Below are positions 1 to 14,070 of a stretch of 64,000 nucleotides of DNA, piece after piece; the first letter of the stretch is position 1; every line of letters starts with the position of its first letter. The notes below the pieces were generated by a model. That model had not been told where the DNA came from and did no database searches. It saw only the letters and a list, made by a program, of their open reading frames with translations. Position numbers and translations under genes: made by a program. The stretch is from Microbotryum violaceum (lineage: Eukaryota), in contig CDLV01000017.1 in NCBI GenBank assembly GCA_001244265.2, positions 186,001 to 250,000 of the forward strand, read 5' to 3'.

Positions 1-298
1 TTGCGGTGATAGGTCGATTCGGACAGCTTTCATATCAGGCTTGCTCGGGGGAATCGTATTTATGAATAGCACTCGCTGTACAGCGGCTCCGGATCCATTC
101 GGCTTCCCGTCAGTCAGTCACCGAAACCAGTCCTAGTCGCTCGCGGCGAGGTGATCATGAATTAAGAAAACTTGGATTAATGCAAGATGCGATAGAAGGT
201 GTCATGAAAAGAAGTACGAAACTAACGAAGCGGAAGAGAACGAAGTCAAGCTAATGTACTGCTAAGCGTAAGAAAGAAAGACGTCATGTACCCGCCCA

Positions 299-3200
299 TC
301 AAAGAACAGCCAAAACCCTCGGCCTCATCTCCCACAACGCTTCGACCTTCCTCGACAAGGCCTTAGAGCGATCCTTCTCCGCCCTCAATTGACTCGAAGG
401 GAGACGCGCGGAAGGTGTCCACCCTTTCTTGCCGCCTGGGCGAACACCGCTCAAGTCGACCAACCTCGGTGTGGCCGAGAGCAAGCGAGCCTCGTGCAGG
501 AGCTGCTTCGACTGGACAGCGAAGGAGGTGGGTTCCAGTGGAGCCACAATCGTCGATGTTGCCGAAGCAACTGGTGTACGACGTGGAGAAACAGGCAGAC
601 CACTGGTTTCCTTTGGTAGCATGATCGGAGTGATCGCGGGAAGGACGTAGGTCGGTAAGGCGTCGAGTTCGGTGAGCAGGTCTTGCGACTTGAGGTACGA
701 GTTCTCGGAGCGCAGGAAGCGGACGGCGTTGCGCAACGATTCGAGCTGTTCGATGAGATACGAGGTCTCCATGTTGCCTTCGTACACGACCGCCTCGCCT
801 TCGCCCGGTCCAGCTGGGGCACCTAAAACACCCAGGCAGTCCTTTGTCAGTGAGCGTCCAGCAAGACCATAGCACCTTCCACTTACCCGACTTGTCATTC
901 GAAACAACGTTTTGCTTCATCTTGGTGAGCTCCTGCTCCATCGCGTCCAAATCGGAATGCAGTGCCTCGATTGCCTCCTCGTATACCCGCTCCTGCTTCT
1001 TGGACTTGACCAACTCGGCCTCGAGCTCCGTGATCGCATCGGCCTGTTTCTTAACCGCTTCCATGCGCTTCTCCATGACTTCAATCTTGACGATGCTTTC
1101 TTGGTACGCCATGTCCTGGGCCACGAATGTCCCCACCCCAGGTCAGCTATCACCATTGTCCACTCTGGTCGAGTATTCGGACTTACCTTGGTTCTCATCT
1201 CGCGAACGAGGTCGCGCAGTTCCTCATTCAGCTTGTGAACCTTGCGTTCGGCCTCCACGTTGATCGCGGCGTGCGACTGCAGCTCCGTGACTCGAGCGAT
1301 CCAGGGTGGCTCATAGTCGACTGTAGGAATCAATGCATCATACAATCAGATCATGAAAAGATGCGATTTGGTGAACTATTGCGAGGGCATGACTCACGTC
1401 GAACGATCTGATCCGGATCCATCGCCGTCGACAATGTTGTCCCAACATCTTGGGCCAGTTGACCAAGAAGCGCTCCAATCTCTTCAAGAGGTCGAGGTGT
1501 CTGCTTGCCAAGCTCATTGGCAGCGACGTCTTTGGCAATGGCGAGGAAGTGGCTGAGCTCAAAGGGTCGTTTCGAAGTTCGGACTTCGGTGCAGTAGGCC
1601 AAGATACTCGAAGCGAGCTGCGAAATGAGGAACTCGAGATCAGCAGCGAGCTAGTGCTCATATCGAACAACGCGCGACCCACTTTGGCAGCGGCAGCCGC
1701 AATTGCAGAACTGTTGTACGACAGAGTATCGACACCCTCGGCGTGATCCATGCTAAGCGCCGAGGAAGAGCCCACCAGCTCCTCTAGTCTTCGCAACAGC
1801 TTCTTGGTCACGACCTTGGCGTTCCGCGCTTGGTTGAACAGGTTCTGCAGTGGCTTGAAAACGATGTCGTCGATGTTGGCGTCGCCGAGTTCGAGAGCGA
1901 CATCTGGAAGTATTCGGATCTGCCATAAGCAAAGAAGCTTGGATCGCTTGAACCACCCAACGAGTACTCACCCGGGTCCTTGCTCAGCGTTGCAATCGTC
2001 TGCTTGGCGAAACCGACCGCGGCTGCGATGGTGTCAAAGTGAAGGTCGAGTGCGGTGACGCAAGCAAGCTCACGTTCAGCCAAATCGAGGACGCTATTCG
2101 TGAGGTGGGTCTCGGCGAGATGCTCTGCTTGCGCGATGAGACTACAAGCCGACCCGGGGTTCAATACCATTAGCCCGCGTTATTGTCGTATCAAGATCCC
2201 ACTCTTCTCGACTCACCCATCCACCTCCTTGCCACACTCGACCTCTCTCAGTTCCTCCCTCCTCAGCGCATCAATGAACGCGTCGACCCTCTTTTCCGTC
2301 GGCGAAACCTCGTGATAGATCCTTCCCATCTTTAGGAAGGTCTCGGGATCACACCTCTTGAGATTGGCGGAAAACTTTTTGTTGAGCGTTGCGAACTGGG
2401 CCAACTTGGCCCGCGTCTCACAGACCGCGATCAGCGCCTCGGGGACGACGGAGTTGAGTGCCTCGGTTACCCCGTGCGTTTGCTCGATCAACATCCCAAC
2501 AAGATCGGCTTTGTAAGCGATACGCTCGAAGAAGAGTAGAGCATCAACGGCGTCGCTGTCGTTGTCGAAGAAAGCGGGGAGGAGATAAGGTCGGACGATG
2601 GCGAGGTGTTCGCTCGCTTGTTGGGCGTCGAGCTTGCGCAGTTCCAGGTCAATTGTCTTGACTTGGCCCTTGAGCATCGACGACTGCAACTTGAGGTTAA
2701 GGTTGAGCATTGCCTGCGACTGCGACGTGAGCGAGGCCGACTCGGATTGCTGGCTCGCTTGGTGATGTCGCAATTGTTCAAGATCGCTGTGGAGTGAAGA
2801 AAGAAGGTCGGCATCAGCCAACCGCTCATGTTCTACACGAGACCAGCATATTCTCCCCTACCTTTGCAGGTTAGCGACCAGCTCTCGGAACTGCGAGATC
2901 GTGCGCTCATAGTCCAAGATCCCATCCTCCAACACATCCGTCCGCTGCCTCAGTTCCTGCAGTTGCAGATCCTTGAGGTCGAGCTCCTCCTGCATCTGCT
3001 TCTCCGTTTCGACGTGGCTTTCCTCCAATTCGTCATTGAGCTCCTTGAGCGACTCGAGGTCCTCGACGATGGTAGTGAGCTCGTCGATTTTCTGAAGTCA
3101 ATATGTTAGTCTGCGTACTTGCGCCCAGGGCTAAGCTCGCGAAGTCACCCACCTCTGTCAACAGCAGATTCTTGTCCGTCAACTGTTCGAGCATGTCCTC

Positions 3201-5492
3201 GGCCCCGAGGGTGTCGTCCAACTGGATCTTGAGTTCCTCGACCTGAGCTTCGGCACGTTCGAGTTCAATGAGATTGTTCTCCAATTCGGCTGTCGCAATG
3301 AAGATGTGGTTCAGGGTTCAGCGTCGATATAGGGTCAAGACCTACCCACCCGACGGGCTTACCTTGGAGATCCGAAGTGAGGTCAAGCTCAGCTTCGAGG
3401 TCGGCAACCTTGCGCTTTTGCTCGGCCTCGGTCTCTGATGTCAAGTCACGCAGGCTGTAAAGCGGGAGGGAGTACAGGTGAGTTATCTATGTCCCCACCC
3501 TGAGACTGAGAGTACCCACCGAAGCAAAGCGTCCTTGAGTCGAAGGTTCTGCTTCTCGAGCTGAATGTAGGCCAATGAAGTCTTGGTCGCGTCACCCCCT
3601 TCAACTTGTCGAACGGCTTCCGCACCTTCGCCTTCGAGTTTGCCTAGATAGAGAAGCTTTTTCAGTCCAAAGGTAAAAACTCCACACCTCGGATCACGGT
3701 CAATACTCACTATTCTCCTCTCTCAACACCGCAACCTCGACCTCCAACTCCGCTGCCCTCTCCTTAACCACCTCCAACTGCGCATTCACCGCATCGAACC
3801 TCTCCTCCGCGACCTCCTTATCCAACAACGAAATCTCAACCTGGTCATTCAAGTCCTCAAACTTGCTCTCAAACGCATCGCGATCGGCTCTCAACTCCTT
3901 GTTCGCCTTCTTCAATTCCTTGACCTCGTTCGCCAACTCGACCAACTTGGTCCGAGTCTTTTCCTTGATCTTGTCCCATTCTTCGGCTTCTTCCTTGAGA
4001 CGTTCGACGTCCCTCAGTTTTTCGCGATCTTCGGCCCGTCGGGCTTCGAGAATGCGTAATTTGGCCAAGAGTTCGTCGTGTTCACGTTTGGGCACCACGG
4101 ATTCGAGCATCGTCCGACGAGCATCGGGCTGTTGTAATGAGAACGGGTCGCGCGCTTCAATTGAGGGACCCACACCACTCGTCCTCCTTTCTCCAGGATG
4201 TGAAGTTGCGCCCGGCCCTCGTGGGTTCGTCGCCTCCTCCTCTTCGAGAAGTAGACTCTCCCCTTCCCCGTCCCAATCCATCCCCGCATCGACCGGACTC
4301 GTCCCACTCAAATGCCTCGCCATCTCCGACGATGCTGTCGCGTTGCCGCCCAACATCAGCGCCGAAGTATTAAATCTTGACGCCGATGGGGAGACGACCA
4401 TACTTGCCCTCCGAGCATGCGGCAGAGCGGAAGATGACGATGCGATCGACGAAGAGGATGACGATCTCGACATGCCTCGCGCACTCGGAGCCGTACCTAC
4501 TGTTGGTCGAGTCAAGGTTCTGGGAGTGCCTATGGATGAGGGGGCAAAGTTTTGCACGGGAGAGGTCATCGCTGTTCGAGACGCAGCGGCAGCGCTTTGG
4601 GGTGGTCGAGCAAGAGCAGCGCGCTGAGCCGGTGTGGGAGGGGGTCCCATCAACGTCGGCGTCGTCCCCGTCGACGACATCGAAGGTTGCCGTCTCGTTG
4701 CCCCCGGAACACCAGGTCGATTTGTCGTCGTCGTCGTGGCGGCGGCGGATCCAGAGCTCGAAGCCGACGTCGCCGAGACGGATCTTGATCCCGTCGCCGA
4801 GGTCGTTGTCGGTGCTAAGCGTACCCCACCACCCGGTCGAGCGAGTTTGCTCGGTGAGGCTGTGACCCTGTCCGATGCATTGCTAGCTACGGAGGTTCGA
4901 CCCGAGACTGCTACTGATGAGACACCTGCTCTCGCGGTCGCGGTCGATATAGAAAGTGACGGTGCGCGTTGGCCTGGCAAAGGTCTTTTCTCTGTCGAGC
5001 TCCCTGGTCGAGTCGGTCGAGAGGGAGGTCGCGAGGAGGAAGCCGATCCTGCTGCAGCATTACCCGACGTGCGAGCCGAGGCGCTTGATCCTGTTCTGGT
5101 CCCTCTTTGAATCGGAGTAGGCGACTGTAGCACCCAGCATCTTGTGTTTGTGAGCGCCTAGTCCGAATTTGCAACTCGCAACCCCCCCACCCCTAGTACA
5201 CCAAACTCACCTCCGCCTTCGCCTCCGAACCGCGCTCGTCATCCCCACCCACCAGCAACCTCACCTGACTATGTCTCACAAACACTCCTTTGCCCAACCG
5301 ACACGTGAAATAGCTCTGGCCGTTGACCGAGCCATCATTCTTGCCGGTCGCGTCGTCGAGTTCGATACCGCACCATTTGCCCGCCGCGAAATTGGTCGGA
5401 CCGACGAACCGAAGGGTGCCTATACCGGCTGAGACGACGACGCGCGTTCCGAGACTTAGGATCGGGGGTGGAGTGGCAGTAGAGGTGGCCAT
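299..5492 (-). CDS. DCTN1: Dynactin subunit 1 (p150Glued/Nip100), multi-exon
   Basis: N-terminal CAP-Gly domain (GTLRFVGPTNFAAGKWCGIELDDATGKNDGSVNGQSYF), Ser/Thr-rich linker, long coiled coils, dynactin domain (LNLNLKLQSS..KTIDLELRKLDAQQA); GT-AG introns between ORF pieces. Confidence 0.93.
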
Positions 5493-5971
5493 GGGGTGAT
5501 GAGTGCGATGCGGTTACGGTTGCTCCGAGCGGAATTCCAGGCAAGGACGTGTTGGGACGCGCGATCACGTCTCAACGGACTTGATCGGGGTTGTATGTAT
5601 CCGCTTGGCAGGCGTGGGAGATGAGAATCGAAGAACGAGTTACAGCATCTTGTGGATCGATTGGGGCTAGAGAGGATGGAGAGGGAAGCTATGCGAGCTG
5701 ATCGACTCGAGAGCTCGGTTGGACGAAACCCAGTTCGACGCGCTCGGGCCCTCCTGACTTTGACGCGCGTCATGGGCTTGGGCAGCTTCAGGAACTCAGG
5801 CGGTGAACAAGAGCGGTGCGACAAACTCGTTTTACTTTGGCAGTACTCAGCGGTGACCTGACCACATTCAATCCATCCCAACCGTCCCACAGAACAACTA
5901 ATACACATATTTTTTCATGCTCAGAAGGAGAAAGAACCAATTAAGATCCACTCCATACCTCATATCCTCGT

Positions 5972-8195
5972 TTAAATCCCCCCACCATTGGCGCCCCCAC
6001 TAACATTCTGTCTCGGTCCACCCCGATTGTACCCCCCACGATGATAAGCCCCGCCCCAGCCCCTACCCCTCCCACCCCTACCCCTCCCACGGCCACCGAA
6101 TCCCATCCCAGCCCCCGACTCGCCAAACGCCTCCATGTTCTTACTCCTCTCCTTATCCCGATCGAACCTGCCTCCCGAAGTAAAACCACTATTGACCATA
6201 CCTCCCTCGGCCCTCGTCTTGACGTCCGATGAGATCGAGTCGAAAAAGGACGATTTCTTATCGTAGAACGAATCGTTGGCTTTGGGGATCACGACTTCTT
6301 CGTCTTCTTCCCCTTCGGCGAGGACTTTATCTTTGGAGAAGCCGGCGTTGGAGGATTCGAAATCAAAGTCCGTCGAAGGGACGTCGACGTGCGCCGTTGG
6401 TCGTCCGAAAGGTTGTAGAGCACGGCCGGCACCGAGGCCAGTACCAGGTCCATTCGCGGATCCACGTCGATTACCTTGGTTCGGATTTTGATGGTTGGAG
6501 GCGTTGTTGGAAAAGACGGAACCGCCGACGGAATCGGTGCCCGCGACGCGTCCACCTCGTCCAGCAGGGCCTCGTCCACCTCGATTCGCACCCTGTTGCT
6601 GCTGTTGTTGCTGAGGAGCACCGCCGTTTTGAGCACCACCGGATTGAGCCTGTTTCGTCGTTCCTCCTCCGAGGTTCGATCGCGACATGTCGTCCGTCAA
6701 CTTGGCTACACTTTCGTCAGCGGTCTGCTTTTCTCCATCACTAGCCGGAGTAGGGACCGCTCCACCAGGATTCGCGTACGAGCGAGGTTTCGAAGCCGCA
6801 GCATCAACGGCGGGAGCAGCAGGGGTAGGAGCGGTCTTGCTTGCCTCGGCAGCTTGAGGAACTTGGGCGGCCTGGGCCGTTTCGGCGGCTTTGCTGGGGG
6901 CAGCTTTCGAATCGACCGCGGGCTGGGGTACGACAGCGTTCTGAACGGCAGGCGAGGAAGTAGCGGCGGGATCATCGGTCAAAGATTTGGCAGGTTGCTG
7001 CTGTTGTTGTTGTTGCTGGTGCGGCGGCGGCGGCAATTGTTGTTGGTGCTGAGGAAGGGGAGGGCCAAACTGATTGGGGTAACCCATGGGCGGGCCAAAG
7101 CCACCCGGACCAGGGGGACCAAAGCCACCGGGGCCACCAAAGTGGCGTGGAGGAGGACCATAGCCGTAAAAGCCTTGTCCGGGAGGACCAGGGGGAGGGC
7201 CATAGCCTCCAAGGGGACCGTAGGGCGGGTAAGGAGGGAACTGGCCTTGCTGGCCGCCGGGAGGACCGAAGCCTTGCTGTTGCTGCGGTGGCGGTTGGTC
7301 GAGGCCGCCTTGCTGGGCGGAGACGGCTGGTGGGGGCTGATTCGAGCTCTGTTGAGGTGAATGCTGCGGTTGGGACGTTTGGGGTGCCGAGGCAGCAGAA
7401 GCGGGAGGGGCCGCATTCGTCTAAAGGGTTCGGGGAGATGGCGCGGTGCGTCAGCAGGTGCACTGTGATTCTTCCTCGGGATCTTCGCCCCAAATCCAAC
7501 TCACAGCTACAACGGCAGGATCACTGATGGGAGCTTGGCTTGGTGTTGTGGCGGGGGGTGCCTCAATCTGCAAGTCCTTGACATCGGCCGCACGGAACAC
7601 AACAAAGCTGCGTGGGGGCAATCGATACGTCGTCAGGACACTGCATCTTTCAAAGAATCCTTCAAGCCTCCTCAACTGACTCGTATACATTGTCATTGGG
7701 CGGAATTTCCTCTGCGGGGTTGCTCTTGCGACCTTGTGTTCCGAGCGAGCGGACTGTGTGGGGAGGAAAACGAGCGTCGGTCCCAGCCAGGGCGGTGTCA
7801 GCTATGCACAATTGGGATTGTAGTATGTTTCCCGTGTTGCTCGGATGGGCCATGTACGTTACGGACACAGACCGTGCGCCTCGTGGGGCATGGAATCGGT
7901 GCCGGGTAGTCCACACCCTGACAGCCTCAGCCGATTACTGTGGCCAGAGGCTCACTGAAGAACAGTAGCAATAGACTGACCTTTTTCCAAAGACACGGTT
8001 GCTTCGGCAGGATCAATCGAGTGCAAGACACCGAGGTACTTGCTGCAGAGGGAGAGGGGAAAGGGGAAAGGGGGCGCGGTCGCGGGTGGTGATCATCAGC
8101 CTCCGTTCGTCCATCACGCGGGACGCTTTAGGTACAGCGACTTACATGTCACTCTTGCTAATGAGCGAGATGTGACTCCCAATAAAGTCGGCCAT
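5972..8195 (-). CDS. SCD6: Scd6/Lsm14 mRNA decapping / P-body protein, multi-exon
   Basis: Lsm14 N-terminus MADFIGSHISLISKSDI/RYLGVLHSIDPAEATVSLE, VVFRAADVKDL; FDF motif (DFDFESSNA), FFD box (FYDKKSSFFDSISS), TFG-like EAFG, C-terminal RGG repeats. Confidence 0.92.
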
Positions 8196-8434
8196 CGTTG
8201 GACCGTCCGCGCAGGTGCGAGCTCGATCCGGATCTGGTTAGGGTGAGGAAGAGAGAAAGAGAGAAAGAGGGGGAAGAGCTGCCCAAATTGAGGCAGATCG
8301 AGGCGCCTCTTTGCTTTCTCAACCCCGCATCATCAATCGGCAAGAAGCCCCTTTCCTTTGCAAATTTTGAGCCCCCGCTAGTACACTTTAGATTTTGCTA
8401 GTCCTCAAAAGAGAACGCGGTCACCGCACAACAC

Positions 8435-9510
8435 ATGGCCAATCCGTACGAGCTACCGATCGAGCTGTGGACCCGTATCATCGACCAAGTCGAGGCGGCG
8501 TATCCACTGTCAGTGAAAGGCTGGAAACGACTGGGCGAAACGTCACCCCGCGAGAGGGGCCAGTGCACAAGCGCACTATGCGATCTGAGTCTCGTGTGTA
8601 AGACGTTCAAGAAAGCTTCCCAGGCGGCATTGCATCGTCGGATCGTCTTGAGCACAGGGCGCCAATTGAACCGCTTCGTCCGCAGTCCGAGGGACCGAGG
8701 ACCGAGGACCGAGGACCGGCCAATTCCCTGTCGACTCTTTGGCCATAGTACAGAGCTTCTCCGTACGCGAGCTCGGCCTCGGCCTCGACCGGTTGGTCCT
8801 CGAACATCCCACTGCTTTTGCACGGGGCATAAGGGAGCTTGAAATTGGGAAGATTAAAGAAGTGCACCTGTGGACTATGTCACCCCACTCTGCGAGGTAT
8901 GTTCGCCGAATCATCGAGGTGGTGTAATTTGCCGTCATCGCCGTACCATCTACTGATACCCCTGGTGAGCCCCCTGTGTACTCGTATAGATCTGGAGGAC
9001 CTTCGATATCCCTCGGACGGAGTGCTCGGTGGAATAGCGCCTCAGTTCATTCCATTTCGCCTTTCAAAGTCTACATCTTCGAGTCGAGTCGACTCGACGC
9101 TGCATCGATCGAGCGTTCATTAACGCCAGCAAAGACACTCTCAAACACGTTTTCCTTTGAGCCTAAAAGTCGATACTATCTAGACCGACATGCGGCCGGT
9201 ATGGACGTCGCGATTTTGACCGATTGTAGCGAAGCGACCTGGACCGCTTTGGATCCTGTCGCCTCGCGCCTGACGAGTCTGAGCTTTCACTCTTTCCACA
9301 AGCCCTCCGAGCCGTGCAAACGAACAGTGCTCTTCCCATAAAGAGTTGAGGCTCAACAACGCCAAAGCGGTCCCTTTCGTTCTCGACGCCCTCTCCCTCG
9401 AAGCCGACTCGAGGAGGTTCAAAACCTGGTATTTCATAGTCCTCCGACTCATAGCAGGCCGAGAGGATGATGGAAGCAGTAAAGGAAGTAGAGCCAATTT
9501 ACGATCTCGG
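8435..9510 (+). pseudogene. F-box-like/LRR-type gene with apparent frameshifts, paralogue of 15421-16733
   Basis: Starts ELPIELWTRIID; shares SQxALHRR and PCKR blocks with the 15421 gene, but keeping the homology needs frame changes near 8880 and 9320; 3' end uncertain. Confidence 0.55.
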
Positions 9511-10534
9511 TAGCACGAGAGCAGAAACGGCAAGGCATCCCACCGAGATGCGCAGCAACGAAGAAACAACCTGAGAGCTAGCGAAACTGTCGGATCTTGA
9601 AGAGAGGCGGATCCTGCTGGCAGCGAGGGAAATACGATGATCCTTCTAGTGTTGGTCGAGTGGCCAGGAGGTGGTTGCGCGATAATGTTACGCATCCAGA
9701 TGTCATATACAAGAGAAAGCCAGCATCGCCTTAGGAGCGAAAAGGCTAATAGTCAGGGAGTGGGTGAGAAATGACTACGAGTGCAGTGAGTGCACGACAC
9801 CGAGACCTGCAATAACAGAGCGAATGCTTATCAGTCTCGCACCACGTCTGTCTTTGTGAGAGCAGCATGAATAAAAACTCCGCCTCTGCGCCGGCACCCC
9901 GTGCCGACTACGCGCACTGCATGCACAATGAGCGGTAGACAATGCTCAGGATGCCCAGCAGTGATCAGCTTGGTTGTGAACATTCATAAGTCTGGTGATG
10001 AAGGATCCACTCGTCGATATTGCCAGCCTTCGGAGCCTGACTGAGCTCAGGGGTCGTACAGGGGCGACTCCGGAGCTGCCAGGCGGGGTGCGACCATGCC
10101 ACCGGCGGTCCTTCAAGTTCTGCCACGATCTTCAATACTCCCATGAACCTCCCGAATGTTTCCCATCCAGGTTTGGCTTTGGAAGCAAATATAGGCGGTA
10201 TCTTTGCATTTAGTGCTTAACTTCACTAAATGACTGTAAAGACTACGCAGGGAAACACCACTGCAGAGTCAGCGGTGAAATGACAATAGTGCGTCGCACG
10301 GACCACCCTCGCGTTCACGTGATCGCAACAGGCCAGAACAGGCTTGCGCTTTTCCCCTCCGATGTCTCGATCGGATGCCAATGGGGTTCTCGAGCGCGGG
10401 AAGGGAATTGCGACCTTCCTTGTGTATCTTTCAGTGTGTTTGGTTGTGTTGGGATGAGGAAGATGATTAATCTTCCTGGACGAGACCCTGGGAGCATGCG
10501 TACACCCCAATTCCCGAACCCCCGGTTCGGACAG

Positions 10535-10612
10535 GCGCCCTGGCGCCGGACGCGTACCGTCGGTCACGCCCCCCGCCCTGGCGCCGGACGCGTACCATAG
10601 GTCACGCCCCCC
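10535..10612. repeat. Two tandem ~38-bp GC-rich units (cgccctggcgccggacgcgtacc..ggtcacgcccccc)
   Basis: Direct reading; lies just 3' of the YR stop. Confidence 0.85.
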
Positions 10613-10662
10613 ACACCTACAACCAACAAAACGCAGCGAAAGATGCCTACGTTACAACGCAG

Positions 10663-12004
10663 TCAGGCTCTACCCGGATCGAGTGCAAGCTTGCCAGCCT
10701 TGCTCAGCACTTGGATCGCAATCTCCTTGTGCTACCGCCAATACCCGTCGAAGGTATTCGATGACCAACGGCCAAGGTTTCGGATGTGATCCGTGTGTAG
10801 ACCTTCTCGAAGGTAAAACGTGGCTCCACCGGACCTAAAGGAGTGGTTGTTCAAGACCGCCCTCCCGCTCGCCTCGAGAATGTGTTTGATTCGTCGCGAG
10901 AACGCCGAGGAGGTCAGTTGTCGATGACCTCCTTCGCGCGCCCGATATGAGAACAACCGCCCTGGTGGAAAGTCGTTTAGGCGGAAATGGTTATCGATCC
11001 CTCCGACCGGGCAGAAGGGCTCGCCGTCTCGCGCCGAGACTACCAGCGTGCGGCCGACGCGCTGAGGCACCTTGTCAAACGGGAGGTCCAACTCGAATCG
11101 GAGAGGAGCTTCGCTCGTCGCATCGATCCGACGTGCACTGGCCACCGCTAGATGCCGTTCGGCTATGAACTCTTCGTCCTTGTCCAAAGTCGCCGCCACT
11201 CGCTCTGGTTTGGGGGCTGGAGTTGTGGCCGCAGCCGCAGTCAGTTGCATCGTCCACATCTTCGGATCGTAGTTCATACGCAGCCCATGTGTCCTGTGCT
11301 AAAATTCTAGGGCGGTACGGAATCGGCCAAAGTGGCTGACGCTATAGGCTCCGACGCCATTTCCCGACAATGCGATTCGAGTGAGAAATCGCCTGACGAC
11401 GTCAGGATGTGCGGGGAATCGATCCCTCCCGGTCGACCAACTCGTCGTCACATTACTTGAGGTATCGTAGAATGCACATCGCGTACATCTCGTTCGACTC
11501 CGCCGTTCGCCCTGCCGCAACCATCACCGCGTGCTCTGTCGCAGCCAATGCGCACGCATGGAGCGGACGTTGGACCGGAGTCGTCGGTGTGAGAACGAGG
11601 ATTCGGTTGATACCTCGATACGTCTTGGCGAACGCGGCGCACAGCCGCTCTTCCGGCGTGCAATTCGTGGACGAAGCCATCAGGGCCATCTCGTTCCCGT
11701 CTGCCTCAGGTAGGTAAACGACGATGTCCCCCGAATGGGAACTGCACAACATTGGCAATCTTGGATTTGACGTCGACATGAATCCCAAACAAGCCCCTGG
11801 GCTACGATCCAGTTTCACAGTCGGAGGTGACGCCGCAGCCGGTGCTCCATCGCGCAGCGCCGAACTCGACGCGTCGGCCCGACCAGTAAGCGCTCTTCCT
11901 GACTTGAAGGCGCGCTCCCTCACAGCCATCGTTGGCATCGTCGGGTACGGAACGGCTCGTTGACGAAGCCTCCACGCGGCTCGTGAATCCTCAAAAGACA
12001 TCTG
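10663..12004 (-). pseudogene. Tyrosine recombinase of the retroelement, disrupted and internally deleted
   Basis: SAM-like N-part (YAMCILRYLK*CD..RFPAHPDVVRRFL) and catalytic C-part HSFR...GRW...Y; in-frame stops; the middle of the catalytic domain appears to be missing. Confidence 0.8.
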
Positions 12005-13569
12005 TATTTTCGAGACGGCGTGCGACGCGGGTGGGGGAAGGCCGAACGTGCCAAGCACGCGCCCGCGATCACGCTCTCGCGGCGGAGACGGGACAGGACC
12101 GGACAACCGCAAAGTCGCAACCGAGGCACAAGAGCGCGGCTCTGAGTCATGACAGCGTGACATTGACAAAACAGGACGCAAGAGGGTTCGACCTCACCAA
12201 CAAACAAAAGGTACACGACCCCGCAGACACAGGGATACGCAACTCTGTACGAACGAAGCTCCACCTTCCACGAAGGGAGTCAAATATCTCAGCCTATCGC
12301 CCACAGGGGCTCTCCCGCCGCCCATAGCAACTCGCGCCCCGCCGGAAACTTCGACAGTGGGTGCGCGATCATGAACGGGAACGGTTCGTACTGCCGCGGG
12401 CGGTCTGGCTGCCGGGACACGACGTCCACGGGGTTCACCTTGGTGTTAACGTATTCAATCGACCACTTCACACCTCGAGTTTCCTCAAGGCTGCGCAGGT
12501 TTGAAAGCGACAAGTTCAACAAGGGATTCATCGAATGCCCTCTCCTCCATCCAAGCACAACCCCGGTGTTGTCCCATTGGAGAACGAAATGTTTATCGTC
12601 ACATTCGTAACGCTGCCTCGGCCAGCGCCTCGACCGCCCACGCCTCCGCGTTCGTGATAGACACCGAGTGTCGAGGCGGTGGCAGATCCGTCCACCCCTC
12701 GGGGAGAGCGAAGTACGCGGAGTATCCGTTGATGGCGATGCCTAGTCCGTGCATACAGGCATCCGACGCTAGCGCAAGCTTTGATGGGATCAGGAGGGCC
12801 TCGAACGACGTGGAGAACGAGCCTTCCGACGAGAGGAACCTTCTCCAGTATTCGAGTTGATCGTACGGGCGACGGTCCAGGCGACGCGCCCGCGAAACCG
12901 CCTTCCGCTCCCCGTTCGCGATACACTGTCTCAACGCCCCAATGACCGACTCGACCTCCGAGCGTCTTGGGGTAACACAGACTTTCGATCTATCTTCACT
13001 TCGGCGGCATTCCGGGCGCTACTGACGTCGGCACACAGCTGATCGGATTCGTGCGGAAAGGGCCGACTGCGGCCTTGAGCTCGTCCTTGTCGTACGGCCC
13101 CGCGATGCACCCGAAATCGAGCATGCGCTCCATCTCGCCGTCCATGACCAGTTGTTGCTCCTCGGTGAGCGGTGCGTTCTTCGCGATGTGACGCTCCGAC
13201 GGAGGGTCCTTGATGCCGAAATCAAAGCCCTTTCGGATCTGCTTCGGTATAGCGGCCAGGTACGGCGCGCCGTGCGCGACCTTTTCGAGTGCCTTAATGT
13301 TAGCTTTGAACGCGGGAGCATCGAGCAGCGGAACAATCTTGTACATCGCATCATGGAACGAGTCGACTTCGCGAGCCATGATTCGCATGCGAGCGGAAGT
13401 TTCGGGCGCTGGCGACGGGCCCGGCGCGGGCATTGAAGGCACGAACGGGACGTCTTCTTTGCTGCCGGCCGCGACAGGTTCGAGTGAAGCTCTGCCCACC
13501 CCGTGCATGGGCAGTTCGGTGATGCTCAGAGGGTCCGCCGGAGCAGCGCTTAGCGCGTCTGGAAAATTC

Positions 13570-14070
13570 AAATCCAGCACGTCAGCCCTCGGCTGCGCAG
13601 GAAGGGGGCAACGCCCAGCCGGTCCGTCGGGACCGGGCGTCTACACGTACGCGGACGTGAGGAAGCGCGAACGGTGTGAAATTCGACCCCTGAACCAGAA
13701 AACGGAGGCACTCGACGCGATGCCTGAGAGTTAACGACCTCAGAAAGGGCCACAGAGCCCGTAGGGACCGGGCATTTACACGTACGCGGACGTGAGGAAG
13801 CGCGAACGGTGGGGAATTCGACCCGGGAGCGAGAATCGAAGATTTGAATCCAGCACGTCAGCCCTCGGCTGCGGAGGACGGGGCAGCGCCCAGCAGGTCC
13901 GTCGGGACCGGGCATCTACACGTACGCGGACGTGAGAAAGCGCGAGCGGTGGGGGATCCGACCCCTGAACCAGAGAACGGAGGCACTCGACGCGATGCCT
14001 GAGAGGTAACGACCTCAGAAAGGGCCAGAGCCCGTAGGGACCGGGCATCTACGCGTACGCGGACGTGAGG
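13570..14070. repeat. Higher-order tandem repeat: ~276-bp period, four copies of a core gggaccgggcatctacacgtacgcggacgtgag
   Basis: Units start near 13571 and 13847; cores near 13629, 13764, 13904, 14037. Confidence 0.9.

Noticed and set aside
7755-7980. Intronic snoRNA in the longer SCD6 intron
   Set aside because: No convincing C/D or H/ACA architecture by eye
9686-9982. Possible solo LTR (TGTTAC...TGAACA)
   Set aside because: No TSD (gataa/ttcat) and no second copy in the window
13570-14070. CRISPR array or hammerhead ribozyme
   Set aside because: Eukaryotic context, the 'spacers' are themselves repeated, and ctgagag..gaaa does not fit the CUGAnGA..GAAA core
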